Shown here in pieces: positions 63,721 through 64,000 of a DNA stretch of 64,000 nucleotides. The notes beneath the pieces were generated by a model, which worked only from the letters and a program-made list of their open reading frames with translations, had not been told where the DNA came from and did not search any database. Every line of letters starts with the position of its first letter. Within the stretch, counting starts at the first letter, position 1. Position numbers and translations under genes: made by a program. Where the stretch lies: assembly GCF_001194135.2 (NCBI RefSeq), contig NC_068983.1:143160394-143224393 (forward strand), in the 5' to 3' direction. The stretch comes from Octopus bimaculoides (lineage: Eukaryota).

Positions 63721-64000
63721 ATGGAGGAAACCCATTTCAATCGCTTGTATGATAGAACTTCACAGATAGAATAACATAGAACTGAGTCTAGTTGTTATTC
63801 AACCTTAGGCGAACCCTGACTGAGAATACCAATGATCAAAAGCATTCTAGCCATCACCATCCCATCATTTTAAAGGTATGTAAGGATACACAATTTAATG
63901 TAGTTCTCCTTACTTAAGAAAGTAGAGGTCTATGATTTGAGAGAGACTTGGCTGCAATTTCTTGTTGGTTGAGTAACCATACAAAGGACCCCTCATTGGT

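Overview
This is AT-rich eukaryotic DNA, dense in repeats and microsatellites, from a gapped short-read-type scaffold with 14 N-runs. The SINE and RTE families present, and the general texture, look like an octopus or other coleoid cephalopod genome; that is inferred from repeat recognition, not from a database search. No protein-coding gene can be firmly supported, only one weak set of phase-compatible candidate exons (12797-12821, 27794-27867, 28126-28191). Most long ORFs in the track are artefacts of N-gaps or microsatellites. Real coding similarity is confined to decayed transposable elements: CR1-like and RTE LINEs, RLE-type non-LTRs, Penelope-like elements, four Tc1/mariner lineages and one hAT. 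The most notable structures are: (1) a fold-back pair of a composite element at 19954-20549 (tRNA-type Pol III head, (AAT)n, tail with a minimal type I hammerhead ribozyme motif); (2) a 9.7-kb satellite at 1899-11649 built from a nearly whole CpG-decayed SINE, with ~185-bp and ~88-bp units and an internal inverted block; (3) a Merlin-like MITE with an 8-bp TSD carrying (TTAGGG)n; (4) nested DNA transposons with non-canonical catalytic spacings (DD41D inside a mariner; DD36E inside a foldback element). Boundaries of old elements are approximate.
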